Positions 1 through 9,063 of a stretch of 64,000 nucleotides of DNA are shown here, piece after piece. The stretch is from Longimicrobiales bacterium (lineage in GTDB: Bacteria > Gemmatimonadota > Gemmatimonadetes > Longimicrobiales > Gaopeijiaceae). The notes under the pieces are model-generated. The model was not told where the DNA came from, did not search any database, and worked only from the letters and a program-made list of their open reading frames with translations. The stretch is from positions 736,001 through 800,000 of the forward strand of contig OZ242008.1 in NCBI GenBank assembly GCA_965204735.1, in the 5' to 3' direction. Position 1 is the stretch's first letter, and each line of letters starts with the position of its first letter. The position numbers were made by a program, and so were the translations under genes.

Positions 1-101
1 AGCGTGAAGGAGTTGGTCCCGTCCTCCTCCCAGCGCCGCTGCCAGTGCGCTTCCACGGCGACGGGGTCGTAGGCCCGGTTGGCGGGGTCGTAGGCGGACA
101 T
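1..101 (-). CDS. leuS: Leucine--tRNA ligase, 5' end (runs off window)
   Basis: Reverse strand from ATG at 101 reads MSAYDPANRAYDPVAVEAHWQRRWEEDGTNSFT, matching the LeuRS-type N-terminal YDP..E..WQ.RWEE motif. ValRS is less likely but not excluded on 33 aa. Confidence 0.65.
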   Translation of the reverse strand, partial: MSAYDPANRAYDPVAVEAHWQRRWEEDGTNSFT

Positions 102-339
102 GAGGGAGACTAGATTGAACGGGGAACCGTTGGTGGTTGGGGTAGGTTAGGCTGGTCGGAACAGGGGCTGCGCGAAATGCGGCATAAAGGTTGAAGCGAA
201 GCCGAACCGGGTCGGTGTAGTCCGCTGGCGGACTGCCCCTGAAGTGCCGCACTGCAAGCCATGTATTCCGGGATCCATCGTCGCCTAGTGTAGAACGCGA
301 GCAGAGCGATGGTATCCGTCAATGCTCCGCTTCCCCCGC

Positions 340-1005
340 TTAGTCCGCTAGCGACAAGGTACACGTCCAGTAGCCGTCTACTCTGCCGTCGTCATCTTCG
401 TCCCCGCCCCCACTAGTCTCATGGAATCTGCAAGTCAAAGTGGAATCGGACGTCAGTGATCTCATGGCCCTGCGCTCACAAACGTTCAGGAGCCAGTTAT
501 TGAAACTACACAGTCCCATATACATATTATCAAAGCTCCCGTTCATGTCGTAAGACCTGGCTGCAGACTCGCACCACCAATTCCTATTGGACGCTATCCG
601 TGCACAAGCACTATGCCGCGTATAACGAGGTGTGCGGACCAGGTCAGAAAGAGTAGACTGAGGTAGCACACAAGTACCCAGAGGATCCGTTGGGGGCGTA
701 GGCGAAGGCGACACGGATAGTGCTAGAGTACCAATGAGACACATGGTTCCCTTACCGTGATGACGACTGGAGCGTCGTTCCGATAAGCTCACCATCCACA
801 TGCCGAGTGCGACGATCGGCACCAACCAGATCGCTCTAGCCATGATAGCAGCCAGGGGAGCCCATCCGGGGATCGCCATGAGCTTCTTGAGGTCTTCGAC
901 GTCTCCAGCGATCGAGACCAGTACCGGGGCCAGCCACAGGACCGCCGTGAGCAACGTCACGCCGACCAGCAGGATGGTGATGAGCGACCTAGTCCTTATC
1001 TTCAT
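340..1005 (-). CDS. Hypothetical membrane protein with Cys-rich C-terminal region
   Basis: ORF from MKIRTRSLITILL with hydrophobic N-terminal segments and several Cys. Visibly lower GC than the flanks. Confidence 0.45.
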   Translation of the reverse strand: MKIRTRSLITILLVGVTLLTAVLWLAPVLVSIAGDVEDLKKLMAIPGWAPLAAIMARAIWLVPIVALGMWMVSLSERRSSRHHGKGTMCLIGTLALSVSPSPTPPTDPLGTCVLPQSTLSDLVRTPRYTRHSACARIASNRNWWCESAARSYDMNGSFDNMYMGLCSFNNWLLNVCERRAMRSLTSDSTLTCRFHETSGGGDEDDDGRVDGYWTCTLSLAD

Positions 1006-1202
1006 GTCCAGAGTCTCCGTCGGTTGGACTGCGCTTGAATGGGGGTGGAAGTTCTGCCTCTTGGGCTCACAAGTCAAGAGGTCGGGACTCCATCAGTGTC
1101 GTACCAATTTAGAAGTGTCTGGATCTGGATATCCTCTTTCGGGCGATGTTCGGCGGGAGTCGACCGGGTCTGACGGCGTCCGACGAGGTAGTAGCTAGCT
1201 AG

Positions 1203-3048
1203 CTAGTGTCTGCCAGAAAATAGGGGTCTGGCGCGATCTGGCGAGTCGCCAGGCGCGCCGAGTGGCTGTGACGGGGCCTGGAAGGTGCTGGCGACCGGGT
1301 CCAGAAGAGGTTGCGTGGGCGTTTTGGAGGCGCTGCGCGAGCGATTTGGAGGCACGGATCCGCTTGATCCGGGCTGCTGGAGACTCGTGTCCGCATCCCT
1401 CCCGAGGAAGGGCGGTGGAGCCCGGTCGTCCGAGAATGCCGCGTCGTTACGCGGCCCGTCGTCGTCGCTTTCCGTTCTTGAGAGCGTTGCGCCTGATCTG
1501 GAGCGCGCGCCGCTCGCGGCGCTGGAGCAAGACGCCGAGCGTGTGCACGTTGGCGGCCACGATCGACAAGGCGACGCTCCGGGCGAAGCCCGCAGCGCCC
1601 CGGGTCCGAACCCGAGCGAGGCCGTGGTGCTGCAAGTGGTTGATCCCCGACTCGACGGACGGGTGGCGCCGCCGCGCGGCGACGAACGCGGGATCGAGTT
1701 CCCTGACCTTGGCCGCCTTGCCCAGCTTGCCCTTCTGCGGCAACACGTTGCCGTCGGGCAGCAGCGCGTCCAGGCGCGCCCGGTTGGCCGGGCTGTGGAA
1801 GCCCTTGTCGAAGCTGCACGCCCGCAAGTCCGGATACGTCGCCCGGACCGCCTCGATCAGCGGGACGGCCACATGCACGTCCTCGCCTTCCCACAACACC
1901 GACCAGCCGAGCACGAACCGGTACTGGTCTTCGACGACGCACACCGGCACGCCCAACTCCACCGGGTTGCCCGCCTTCCCCTTCGACACCCAGCGCGTGT
2001 GCGGCTCGAACACCGAGAACACCTTCTCCGCGTGGGCGATCTTCTCGCCCTTCACCAACCGGCGCTCCACCTGGTCCACCTGCCGCAGCGCGTGGCCCAG
2101 CCAGTGCAGGATCGGCAGCATCTCGTCGCTCCCTGCGCCCGCCCGCTCCAGCCGGCGCACCGACTCGGCCGCCCGGTCGGCCAGCTTCCGGCAAAGCTCC
2201 ACGTACTCCGCCACGGCGCCCGGCCACCGCTTGCGCTGCCGTGCCGTGCAGACCCGCCTGGCCAGCTGCTTCGCCTGTTGCGTCAGATGGGCGTGCTGAC
2301 GCCAACCGCCGATGCCGCGACGCGCGCACGCCCGAGTCGCTTCGCGGACCATGCAGCGCACGGCGTCCATGAGCAGGCCCACGTCGGTGGGGTGTCGGAC
2401 GTCGGTCTTCGCGACGAACGAGTCACACCGCCCGCGCAACGTTGCGCCAGACTTTTTTTTTACGACCCGGTGCCCCGTCTCCACCACCAGCCGGTTCACC
2501 TCCCGCAGCAGCTCCGGCGTCAGCAGACTCACGTTGTCCACCACCGTCTGGTACTGGTACTCGTGCACGTCGAAGTCGCCGTGGCCCAGCATCGCCCGCA
2601 CCGTCCGATGCTGGTTCGCCAGCTCGTGCAGCCGGTCGAAGTCGCAGGCCAGACCCTGCTTCAGCACGCCCAGCACGAGGATGCGCCACAGCTCCATCCC
2701 CGGACGGCCCAGCCGATGGTCCGACTCGGGACACACGCCGGCCTCCAGCAACGCCCACAGCTCCGGCCGCCGCTCCTCGTACAGCAGCTGCAGCCCCCTC
2801 AGCACCGCCGGGATGTCGTCGCGCGACTTGGGATCGAGATCGATCTCGCCGATCGGCACTTGGCCGAGACCGAACTGGCACTCCTGCACCTTCCGCATGG
2901 CAGCAACCCTCCGCGAAGATCCCGCCAAACAGGGCCTCGCAAGGCCCCCGAACCTCAAAAACTACTGCAACCGCCCAATCTTCGGTACCTTCACCCCCTC
3001 GAATCCCCTGTCAGTCCAACGAAAACCGACTTCTCTGGCAGACACTAG
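1203..3048 (-). mobile_element. Insertion sequence (DDE, IS5/ISNCY-like) with terminal inverted repeats
   Basis: Left end CTAGTGTCTGCCAGAAAA (from 1203). Right end TTCTCTGGCAGACACTAG (to 3048) is its inverted copy with one mismatch. Flanking CTAG at 1199-1202 and 3049-3052 fits a target duplication. The exact ends are ambiguous within the CTAG runs. Confidence 0.9.
1447..2898 (-). CDS. DDE transposase (IS5/ISNCY-like), 483 aa
   Basis: MRKVQECQF..DPKSRDDIP..GRPGMELWRILVLG; DDE-type motifs RCDSFV, SFDKGF and HPSVESGIN; KVFSVFEPHTRWVSKGKAG..VELG. Enclosed by the TIRs. Confidence 0.9.
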   Translation of the reverse strand: MRKVQECQFGLGQVPIGEIDLDPKSRDDIPAVLRGLQLLYEERRPELWALLEAGVCPESDHRLGRPGMELWRILVLGVLKQGLACDFDRLHELANQHRTVRAMLGHGDFDVHEYQYQTVVDNVSLLTPELLREVNRLVVETGHRVVKKKSGATLRGRCDSFVAKTDVRHPTDVGLLMDAVRCMVREATRACARRGIGGWRQHAHLTQQAKQLARRVCTARQRKRWPGAVAEYVELCRKLADRAAESVRRLERAGAGSDEMLPILHWLGHALRQVDQVERRLVKGEKIAHAEKVFSVFEPHTRWVSKGKAGNPVELGVPVCVVEDQYRFVLGWSVLWEGEDVHVAVPLIEAVRATYPDLRACSFDKGFHSPANRARLDALLPDGNVLPQKGKLGKAAKVRELDPAFVAARRRHPSVESGINHLQHHGLARVRTRGAAGFARSVALSIVAANVHTLGVLLQRRERRALQIRRNALKNGKRRRRAA

Positions 3049-3052
3049 CTAG

Positions 3053-3400
3053 GTGGTCGTGCACGGGCTCTGGGGTCGGAGGTTGAACCGGTCGCTGCCG
3101 TCGGAGACGTGGGAGCAGCTGCTGGCCATGGCCAGGGGCGCCGACTACGCCCGACTTCGGTGCCACGCAGACGGACACGCACGTCATGGCCCGCGACTTC
3201 ACCGTGCGCTTCGAGAACCGCTTCTGGCAGGTCACGGCCCTCGATACGGAGGCGGCCGTCGTCGCGGCTGCTACCTGGCACCCAAGGCTTTGGGGGCGGT
3301 CCGGTCGGCGACGCCCAAGCCGCCAAAGCCGGGAACGGATCACCCGTGGCGCAAGCACTTCCGCGCCAGCGTGGCCCAGGCCGTGGCCAAGCGGGAACAC
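3053..3400 (+). pseudogene. Frameshifted C-terminal remnant of an IS1202/ISNCY-type transposase
   Basis: HVMARDFTVRFENRFWQV in one frame and KPPKPGTDHPWRK in another. Both are typical C-terminal motifs of that group. Confidence 0.45.
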
Positions 3401-3752
3401 CGCTCACTCCAACGGGACCGGTCCCGAGCGGTGCAGGGCCTCGTCCTGAGCCTGCAGACGGGGACGGCGGCCTGTAATTCCCTTCCCGCAAGGTCGGGCG
3501 CGACCGCAGAGTCGGTATCCGTGCCTCCGAGGCTTGCCGGTGCTGCCAGGTTGCTCGGCGCACCACGACCGTCCGAGCTGGCAAGCTCAGTGCGCACTGC
3601 GAGCCATCGGGGCAGCAGTGTCCGGACCGTCCGCGTTGGCCTCCACCCGGCCAGAGCTTTGGCCACGGCGACCATCTCGACTCGCGGCCGCCACTGGCCT
3701 TGAAGTGCCCGGGCCAGGGTTCTACTTGGGCTTGACAGGGCTCGGGACTCCA

Positions 3753-4844
3753 TCAGCCTGTATTCTCCAACAATGCCTCGAACGGGTCCTCCGCCTGCTC
3801 CACCGCCGTCTCCAGCTCCCGGACCGCCCTTGCCAGCGAACCGCCGTGCCGCTCCCGGAAGCGCTCGAACTCCGGCAGGCGGTGGTAGTAGCGCATCCGG
3901 CTGAGCAGCGTCGCGTTGTTGAGGGGGCCGGACTCGAAGCGGCTGAAGGCGAGGGAGTTGAAGGCGGGCTGGACCTCGTCTCGGAACCGGGCCAAGTGGC
4001 GTTCGAAGACGAACTCGCGACGGGCGATCTTCTCGTCGCGAGAAAGCCGCGGGTCCCCGTAGACGGCCTCCAGGTCGCCCACCAGTCCGTCGATGAAGGT
4101 CGAGAAGCGCTGCGCGTCGTCCCAGCGGTCCTGGGCGCGGTTGCACCAGACCGTGTCCGGCCCGCCTCCCGCGCGCGTGCAGAAGAACTCGATCGCCGCC
4201 GTTCGTCCCACCCAGGTCGCGAAGCTCTCGTTGAAGCGGACTTGCCCCGGCACGAAGAGGTGGTTGTGGGAGAGTTCGTGGAGCACGGTGACCACAAGCT
4301 CCACCTCGTCGTAGCGGACGACGGTGGAGAGAAGCGGGTCCGAGAACCAGCCCAGCGTGCTGAAGGCGGCCGTGGGGCGGAGCAGCGTGTCCCAGCCCTC
4401 GTCTTCGAGCTCGCCCTGCTCCCGCTGCGCGTCCTCCAAGTCGAAGAACCCTCGGTAGGGGACCCGGCCCACGATCGGGAACCACCACGTCCGCGCCGCC
4501 AGCCGATCCCGGTGCGCGGCGGAGAGGACCATCGCCAGCGTGTCCCGCTCCAACTTCACGTAGGTGGTGTAGCTGTCCCCCACGTCCAGCCCCAGCGTCG
4601 TCATGGCGAACTCGCGCGCCTCCCGGGCCAAGAGCAGCTTGCCCCGGGTGCGCTGGTCGGTGTCGGGGGAGAGGACGACTTCGGGGATCGGACGGCGGGC
4701 GCGGAGGATCTTGGCCTCCTCCCAGCCGGCGCGGATCACGTACCCGGGGGAACAGGCCCCGGGCCACAGCGCCGCGACCACCACGACGGCGGCCGCGACG
4801 CCCGCCGCGAACTTGCGGACGGAGCGGCTCCTAGCTGCCGCCAA
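3753..4844 (-). CDS. Predicted zinc aminopeptidase (DUF2265-type)
   Basis: WWFPIVGRVPYRGFF, AFSTLGWFSDPL, HELSH zinc motif followed by FNESFAT, LNNA. Start position uncertain. Confidence 0.85.
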   Translation of the reverse strand: MAAARSRSVRKFAAGVAAAVVVVAALWPGACSPGYVIRAGWEEAKILRARRPIPEVVLSPDTDQRTRGKLLLAREAREFAMTTLGLDVGDSYTTYVKLERDTLAMVLSAAHRDRLAARTWWFPIVGRVPYRGFFDLEDAQREQGELEDEGWDTLLRPTAAFSTLGWFSDPLLSTVVRYDEVELVVTVLHELSHNHLFVPGQVRFNESFATWVGRTAAIEFFCTRAGGGPDTVWCNRAQDRWDDAQRFSTFIDGLVGDLEAVYGDPRLSRDEKIARREFVFERHLARFRDEVQPAFNSLAFSRFESGPLNNATLLSRMRYYHRLPEFERFRERHGGSLARAVRELETAVEQAEDPFEALLENTG

Positions 4845-5715
4845 GGCTGCGGATCAGGGGGATGCCCCCTTCGGTCGGCACGTAGACCACCGAGCCGTCG
4901 GGCATCTCCGAGAGCTGCTGGATGTAGAAGAACGTCAGGTACTCCGGCGTCAGCCCTTCCGAGATGATCTGCTGGGCGTCGGCGATTCCCTTGGCCTCCT
5001 CGGCCTGCTGCCGCGCCCGCTCCTGGATGATCTGGGTCTGGAACTCCTCGGCGGCGACCTGCTGCTCCCGCTCCAGCTTCTGCTCGATCGCTTCGCGAAC
5101 CCGCGGCGGGGCCTGGATGTCCCGGACGAACACGTCCACCACGACGATCCGATCCCCTGCCTTGGCCTGGATCTCCTGCTTCATGCTGTTCGCCACCTCG
5201 CGTCGGTCCGGCGAGAAGATCTCGTTGATGGACTTGGTGGCCACCGCGTCGCGAACCCCGTTGCGAACCGCGTTGAGGACGATGTTTCGCTTGATCTGTT
5301 CCTCGGAACCGATCCGGCCGTAGAGATCCGGCGCCGTGGCGCCGTCGATTCGGAAGTTGAGGGAGACGTCCATCTCCACGTTCAGCTGCTCCGAAGTCTG
5401 GGCTTCGATCTTCTCGATGCCGCCCTGGGCCGGGAACGTCTGCTCGCGGACGGACATTCGCTCCACGACGGCCAGCGGGTTGATCAGGTGGACTCCCTGC
5501 ACGATCGGGTCAGGATCCACCCTTTCCAGAAACTTCTTGATCCCCACCTCCCCGACCGGAATGACCACGATCGCGTTCATCCCGAAGAGGCCGAGGCCGA
5601 CGAACATGATGACGTAGCCGGCCAGCTTGTTGGGGATGCCGGTCTTGCTGGTGGGAAGGGAGCGAACGATTGCGCCGATGGCGATGAGTACCACTGCTGC
5701 CGCTGCAAAGCCCAT
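4831..5715 (-). CDS. SPFH/prohibitin (band 7) family membrane protein
   Basis: Two N-terminal TM segments, GVHLINPL, VRDIQAP..EAIEQK, and a coiled-coil EAKGIADAQ region. Confidence 0.9.
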   Translation of the reverse strand: MGFAAAAVVLIAIGAIVRSLPTSKTGIPNKLAGYVIMFVGLGLFGMNAIVVIPVGEVGIKKFLERVDPDPIVQGVHLINPLAVVERMSVREQTFPAQGGIEKIEAQTSEQLNVEMDVSLNFRIDGATAPDLYGRIGSEEQIKRNIVLNAVRNGVRDAVATKSINEIFSPDRREVANSMKQEIQAKAGDRIVVVDVFVRDIQAPPRVREAIEQKLEREQQVAAEEFQTQIIQERARQQAEEAKGIADAQQIISEGLTPEYLTFFYIQQLSEMPDGSVVYVPTEGGIPLIRSLGGS

Positions 5716-5824
5716 GCGGTTCTCCTTGAGGTGTTGGTGATTTCGCGGTGCTGGCGCTTCACGGCCGCGCCCGGCGGCGTGCGCGCCGACGCCTTTCGGC
5801 TACGCAACTCCCGCCCTCCGACCT

Positions 5825-7243
5825 TCAGCGCCTGCGGATCCGGCCGCCGGGGTAGGCCACCGGGCTCTCGTTGCCGTCGGCCCCTACCGCCGCCACGCCG
5901 AAAAGGTAGTTGTCGATGACCAGCCCTTCCAGCGTGAACGACGTTCGGTTGCCCACCCATCGGGAGCGTTGCCACCGGGGCGCCGTGGTGTCCCGCCAGT
6001 AGACCTTGTAGCCGGCAAGTCGAGGGTCGTCCACGGCTTCCCACTCCAGTGCGGCGGACGGCCGCACGGCGCCGCCGATCCGGACGTCGGACGGGGCGGG
6101 AGGCGCCCAGGCAAGCTGCGCCAGGACGGCCGCGTTGAGGGCGGTCATCTTGGCCGCGTAGTCGAAGTCGACCCCCTCCACCACGTCTCCGTAGGCGATG
6201 CCGTTCTCGGTGCGGAGGTCCTGATGCTGCCGCACGTAGTTCTCGTGCGTCTCCATGATGCGCACCGCCGGGAAGCCCGCGTCGTTGAAGGGCCGGTGGT
6301 GGCCGCCGCGGCCGAAGCGGTCCAGGCGGTAGATCATGATCGGGTCCAGGTTGGGGACGTATTCGTCGGCGGTGCGGGCCACGTAGCGCGCAAGCTGGCG
6401 CGAGGGTCCGTCCACCTCGCCGCCGTACACTCGCCGGCGGGCGTGGTCCTGCTCGCTGTCGGTGGCGGGAACCGGCTCGGAGAAGACGCGGAAGGTGTTG
6501 TTCTCGATCACGCCGTCCACGCCCTCGATGTTGCCGATCATGTCGTTGTTGAGCACGCCGACGATCTCCCAGCCCTCCTCGCGGGCGACTCGTGCCATGT
6601 GCCGTCCGCCCCACAGCCCCTGCTCCTCGCCCGAAAGCCCGGCCAGGACCACCGTGCTGCCGAACTCGTGCCCCGCCAGCAGCCGCGCCGCTTCGACGGC
6701 GCCCGCCATGCCCGACGCGTTGTCGTTGGCTCCGGGAGCGTCGGACTCGGCGTCGTAGCTGCTGGACGCCCGCGAGTCGATGTCGCCGGACATGATCACG
6801 TAGCGGTTCGGCGCCACCGTCCCCCGCTTGATCGCCAGCACGTTGACCACCCACGTGTCCTGGGGGATGCGGGGGCTGTCCTCGGCGGTCACCAGGCTCC
6901 GCTGGTAGACGACTTCGTAGCAGCCGCCGCACGCCGCCGAGATGCGGTCGAACTCGGCCTTGATCCAGCGGCGGGCCGCCCCGATGCCGCGGATCTCCGA
7001 CAGGGTGTCCGAGAAGGTGTTGCGGGTGCCGAACCCCGCCAGCCGGCGGATGTCGGCCTCGACGCGCTCGGGGGACGCCGCCTCCACGATCTCGTAGATG
7101 CGGGGGTCCACTTCGGGGGGCGACGCCTGGGCGGCTGCGGGGCGAACGGCCCCTGTCGCGACGGCGAGGACGGCAAAGGCGGCGAGGAGCGCCGGCGGGA
7201 CGAGCCCGGCGAGCGTCGCGGCAGGGTTGGTCGGATAGCTCAT
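5825..7243 (-). CDS. M28 family metallopeptidase with C-terminal fibronectin-like domain
   Basis: Signal peptide; GDIDSR, PGANDNASG, GEEQGLWG, NNDMIG, GRGGHH.PF motifs. Confidence 0.9.
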   Translation of the reverse strand: MSYPTNPAATLAGLVPPALLAAFAVLAVATGAVRPAAAQASPPEVDPRIYEIVEAASPERVEADIRRLAGFGTRNTFSDTLSEIRGIGAARRWIKAEFDRISAACGGCYEVVYQRSLVTAEDSPRIPQDTWVVNVLAIKRGTVAPNRYVIMSGDIDSRASSSYDAESDAPGANDNASGMAGAVEAARLLAGHEFGSTVVLAGLSGEEQGLWGGRHMARVAREEGWEIVGVLNNDMIGNIEGVDGVIENNTFRVFSEPVPATDSEQDHARRRVYGGEVDGPSRQLARYVARTADEYVPNLDPIMIYRLDRFGRGGHHRPFNDAGFPAVRIMETHENYVRQHQDLRTENGIAYGDVVEGVDFDYAAKMTALNAAVLAQLAWAPPAPSDVRIGGAVRPSAALEWEAVDDPRLAGYKVYWRDTTAPRWQRSRWVGNRTSFTLEGLVIDNYLFGVAAVGADGNESPVAYPGGRIRRR

Positions 7244-7482
7244 CTGGCTCTTCCTGCTTGATTGGAGGTGCCCGGTCCGGCTGCCTTGCCAGTGCTTGAC
7301 ATGCGGGCGCCGCCCGGGCGAAGCTTGCGGAAGCGGCGCATCCTGACTTGGTTGCGGGAGCTGGAGCGGGAGGGCGGCAAGATGGAGAACGTCCGGGCGG
7401 TGCTGCAACCTTCTGTCGGACAACTCGGGCCAGGGAGCATGGAGCGATGAAGGTGGCCGGCCGGCGGAGGCCGTAGAGGCGG

Positions 7483-9063
7483 ATGCGCTACTTCAACACG
7501 TCCGGTCCGGTCGTGGCGGACGACCACTACCACGTCCCGCCCCTCGACCGACTCGACCTTGCCGAGGTCCGGGAGCTGATCGACGACCAGCGGTACTTCG
7601 TGCTTCACGCCCCCCGGCAGACCGGCAAGACGTCGGCCCTGCTGGCGCTCCAGGACCTGCTCAACGCGGAGGGCGGTTGCCGCTGCGTCTACGTCAACGT
7701 CGAAGGCGCCCAGGCGATGCGCGAAGACGTGGAGCGCGCGACTCGGGTCATGCTGGGCCAGATGGCCTTGCGGGCTCGGGACGCGCTTGGCGACGACTTC
7801 TTGTCCGGCGCATGGTCCGGCATCGCCGACGAGTTCCGGGAGGGTGCGCTGGGCGAGGCCCTGTCGCGTTGGGCGGAGGCCGACGAGAGGCCGCTGGTGC
7901 TGCTGATCGACGAGATCGACTCGCTGGTGGGCGACACGCTCCTGTCGGTGCTGCGTCAGCTTCGCGCAGACTATCCCCACCGGCCCGCCAGGTTCCCCCA
8001 GAGCGTGGTCCTGTGCGGTGTCCGGGACGTGCGCGACTACCGCATCTGGTCCAGCTCGGCGAAGACGATGGTCACGGGCGGCAGCGGCTTCAACATCGTG
8101 GCCGAGTCCCTGCGCCTGGCCGACTTCTCCCAGGCCGAGGTGCGCGACCTGCTCGGACAGCACACCGAAGAGACCGGCCAGCCGTTCACCGAAGCCGCGC
8201 TGGACGCGGTCTGGACCCAGACCCAGGGCCAGCCGTGGCTCGTCAACGCCCTGGCCTACGAGACCTGCTTCCGCGGCGACCTGGCCGCCGACCGGTCGCG
8301 ACCCGTGACCGAGGCGGACGTGCTGGATGCCCGCGAGCGGTTGATCCAGCGTCGCGACACCCACCTGGACCAGCTGACCGACAAGCTGCGGGAGGACCGC
8401 GTCCGGCGGGTCGTCGAGCCGCTCCTCGTGGGCGGCGAAGGGTTCGATGCCACGGCCGACGACATCGAGTACGTGCAGGACCTGGGCTTGGTCGCCCGAG
8501 ACGCTCCGCTCCGCTTGGCCAACCCGATCTACGCGGAGGCCGTGCCTCGCCAGCTCACGTGGCCGACCCAGCTCAAGATTCGGGAGGACCCGGCGTGGTA
8601 CGTGGACGCCGACGGCGCGTTGCTGCTGGACAAGCTGCTGGCGCGCTTCCAGGAGTTCTTCCGCGAGAACGCCGAGAGCTGGGTCGAGCGGTTCGACTAC
8701 AAAGAGGCGGGACCGCACCTGCTGCTGCAGGCGTTCTTGCAGCGGGTTGTCAACAGGGGCGGGCGGGTCGAGCGGGAGCACGGGCTGGGCCGAGGGCGCG
8801 CGGACCTGCTGATCCGGTGGCCGGAGGGCGACGAAGCGCGCAGCTACGTGGTCGAGTGCAAGGTTCGCCACGACCGCCGGGGCCTGGAGCGCACCGTGGC
8901 CAAGGGGGTGGAGCAGACGGCGGCCTACATGGACCGCTGCGGGGCCGAAGCGGGGCACCTGGTCGTCTTCGACCGCAGCGACGAGCGCAGCTGGGACGAG
9001 AAGGTCTTCCGCGACGTCCGCACCGCCGAGAGCGGGGCCGAGATCGCCGTGTGGGGGATGTGA
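7483..9063 (+). CDS. AAA ATPase - PD-(D/E)XK nuclease fusion, copy 1 (526 aa)
   Basis: Walker A APRQTGKT, Walker B LLIDEID, GQPWLVN, C-terminal GRADLLI..VVECK. Confidence 0.85.
   Translation: MRYFNTSGPVVADDHYHVPPLDRLDLAEVRELIDDQRYFVLHAPRQTGKTSALLALQDLLNAEGGCRCVYVNVEGAQAMREDVERATRVMLGQMALRARDALGDDFLSGAWSGIADEFREGALGEALSRWAEADERPLVLLIDEIDSLVGDTLLSVLRQLRADYPHRPARFPQSVVLCGVRDVRDYRIWSSSAKTMVTGGSGFNIVAESLRLADFSQAEVRDLLGQHTEETGQPFTEAALDAVWTQTQGQPWLVNALAYETCFRGDLAADRSRPVTEADVLDARERLIQRRDTHLDQLTDKLREDRVRRVVEPLLVGGEGFDATADDIEYVQDLGLVARDAPLRLANPIYAEAVPRQLTWPTQLKIREDPAWYVDADGALLLDKLLARFQEFFRENAESWVERFDYKEAGPHLLLQAFLQRVVNRGGRVEREHGLGRGRADLLIRWPEGDEARSYVVECKVRHDRRGLERTVAKGVEQTAAYMDRCGAEAGHLVVFDRSDERSWDEKVFRDVRTAESGAEIAVWGM

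Noticed and set aside
7296..7325. TTGACA upstream of the array as the island promoter
   Set aside because: No convincing -10 element at 16-18 nt spacing.
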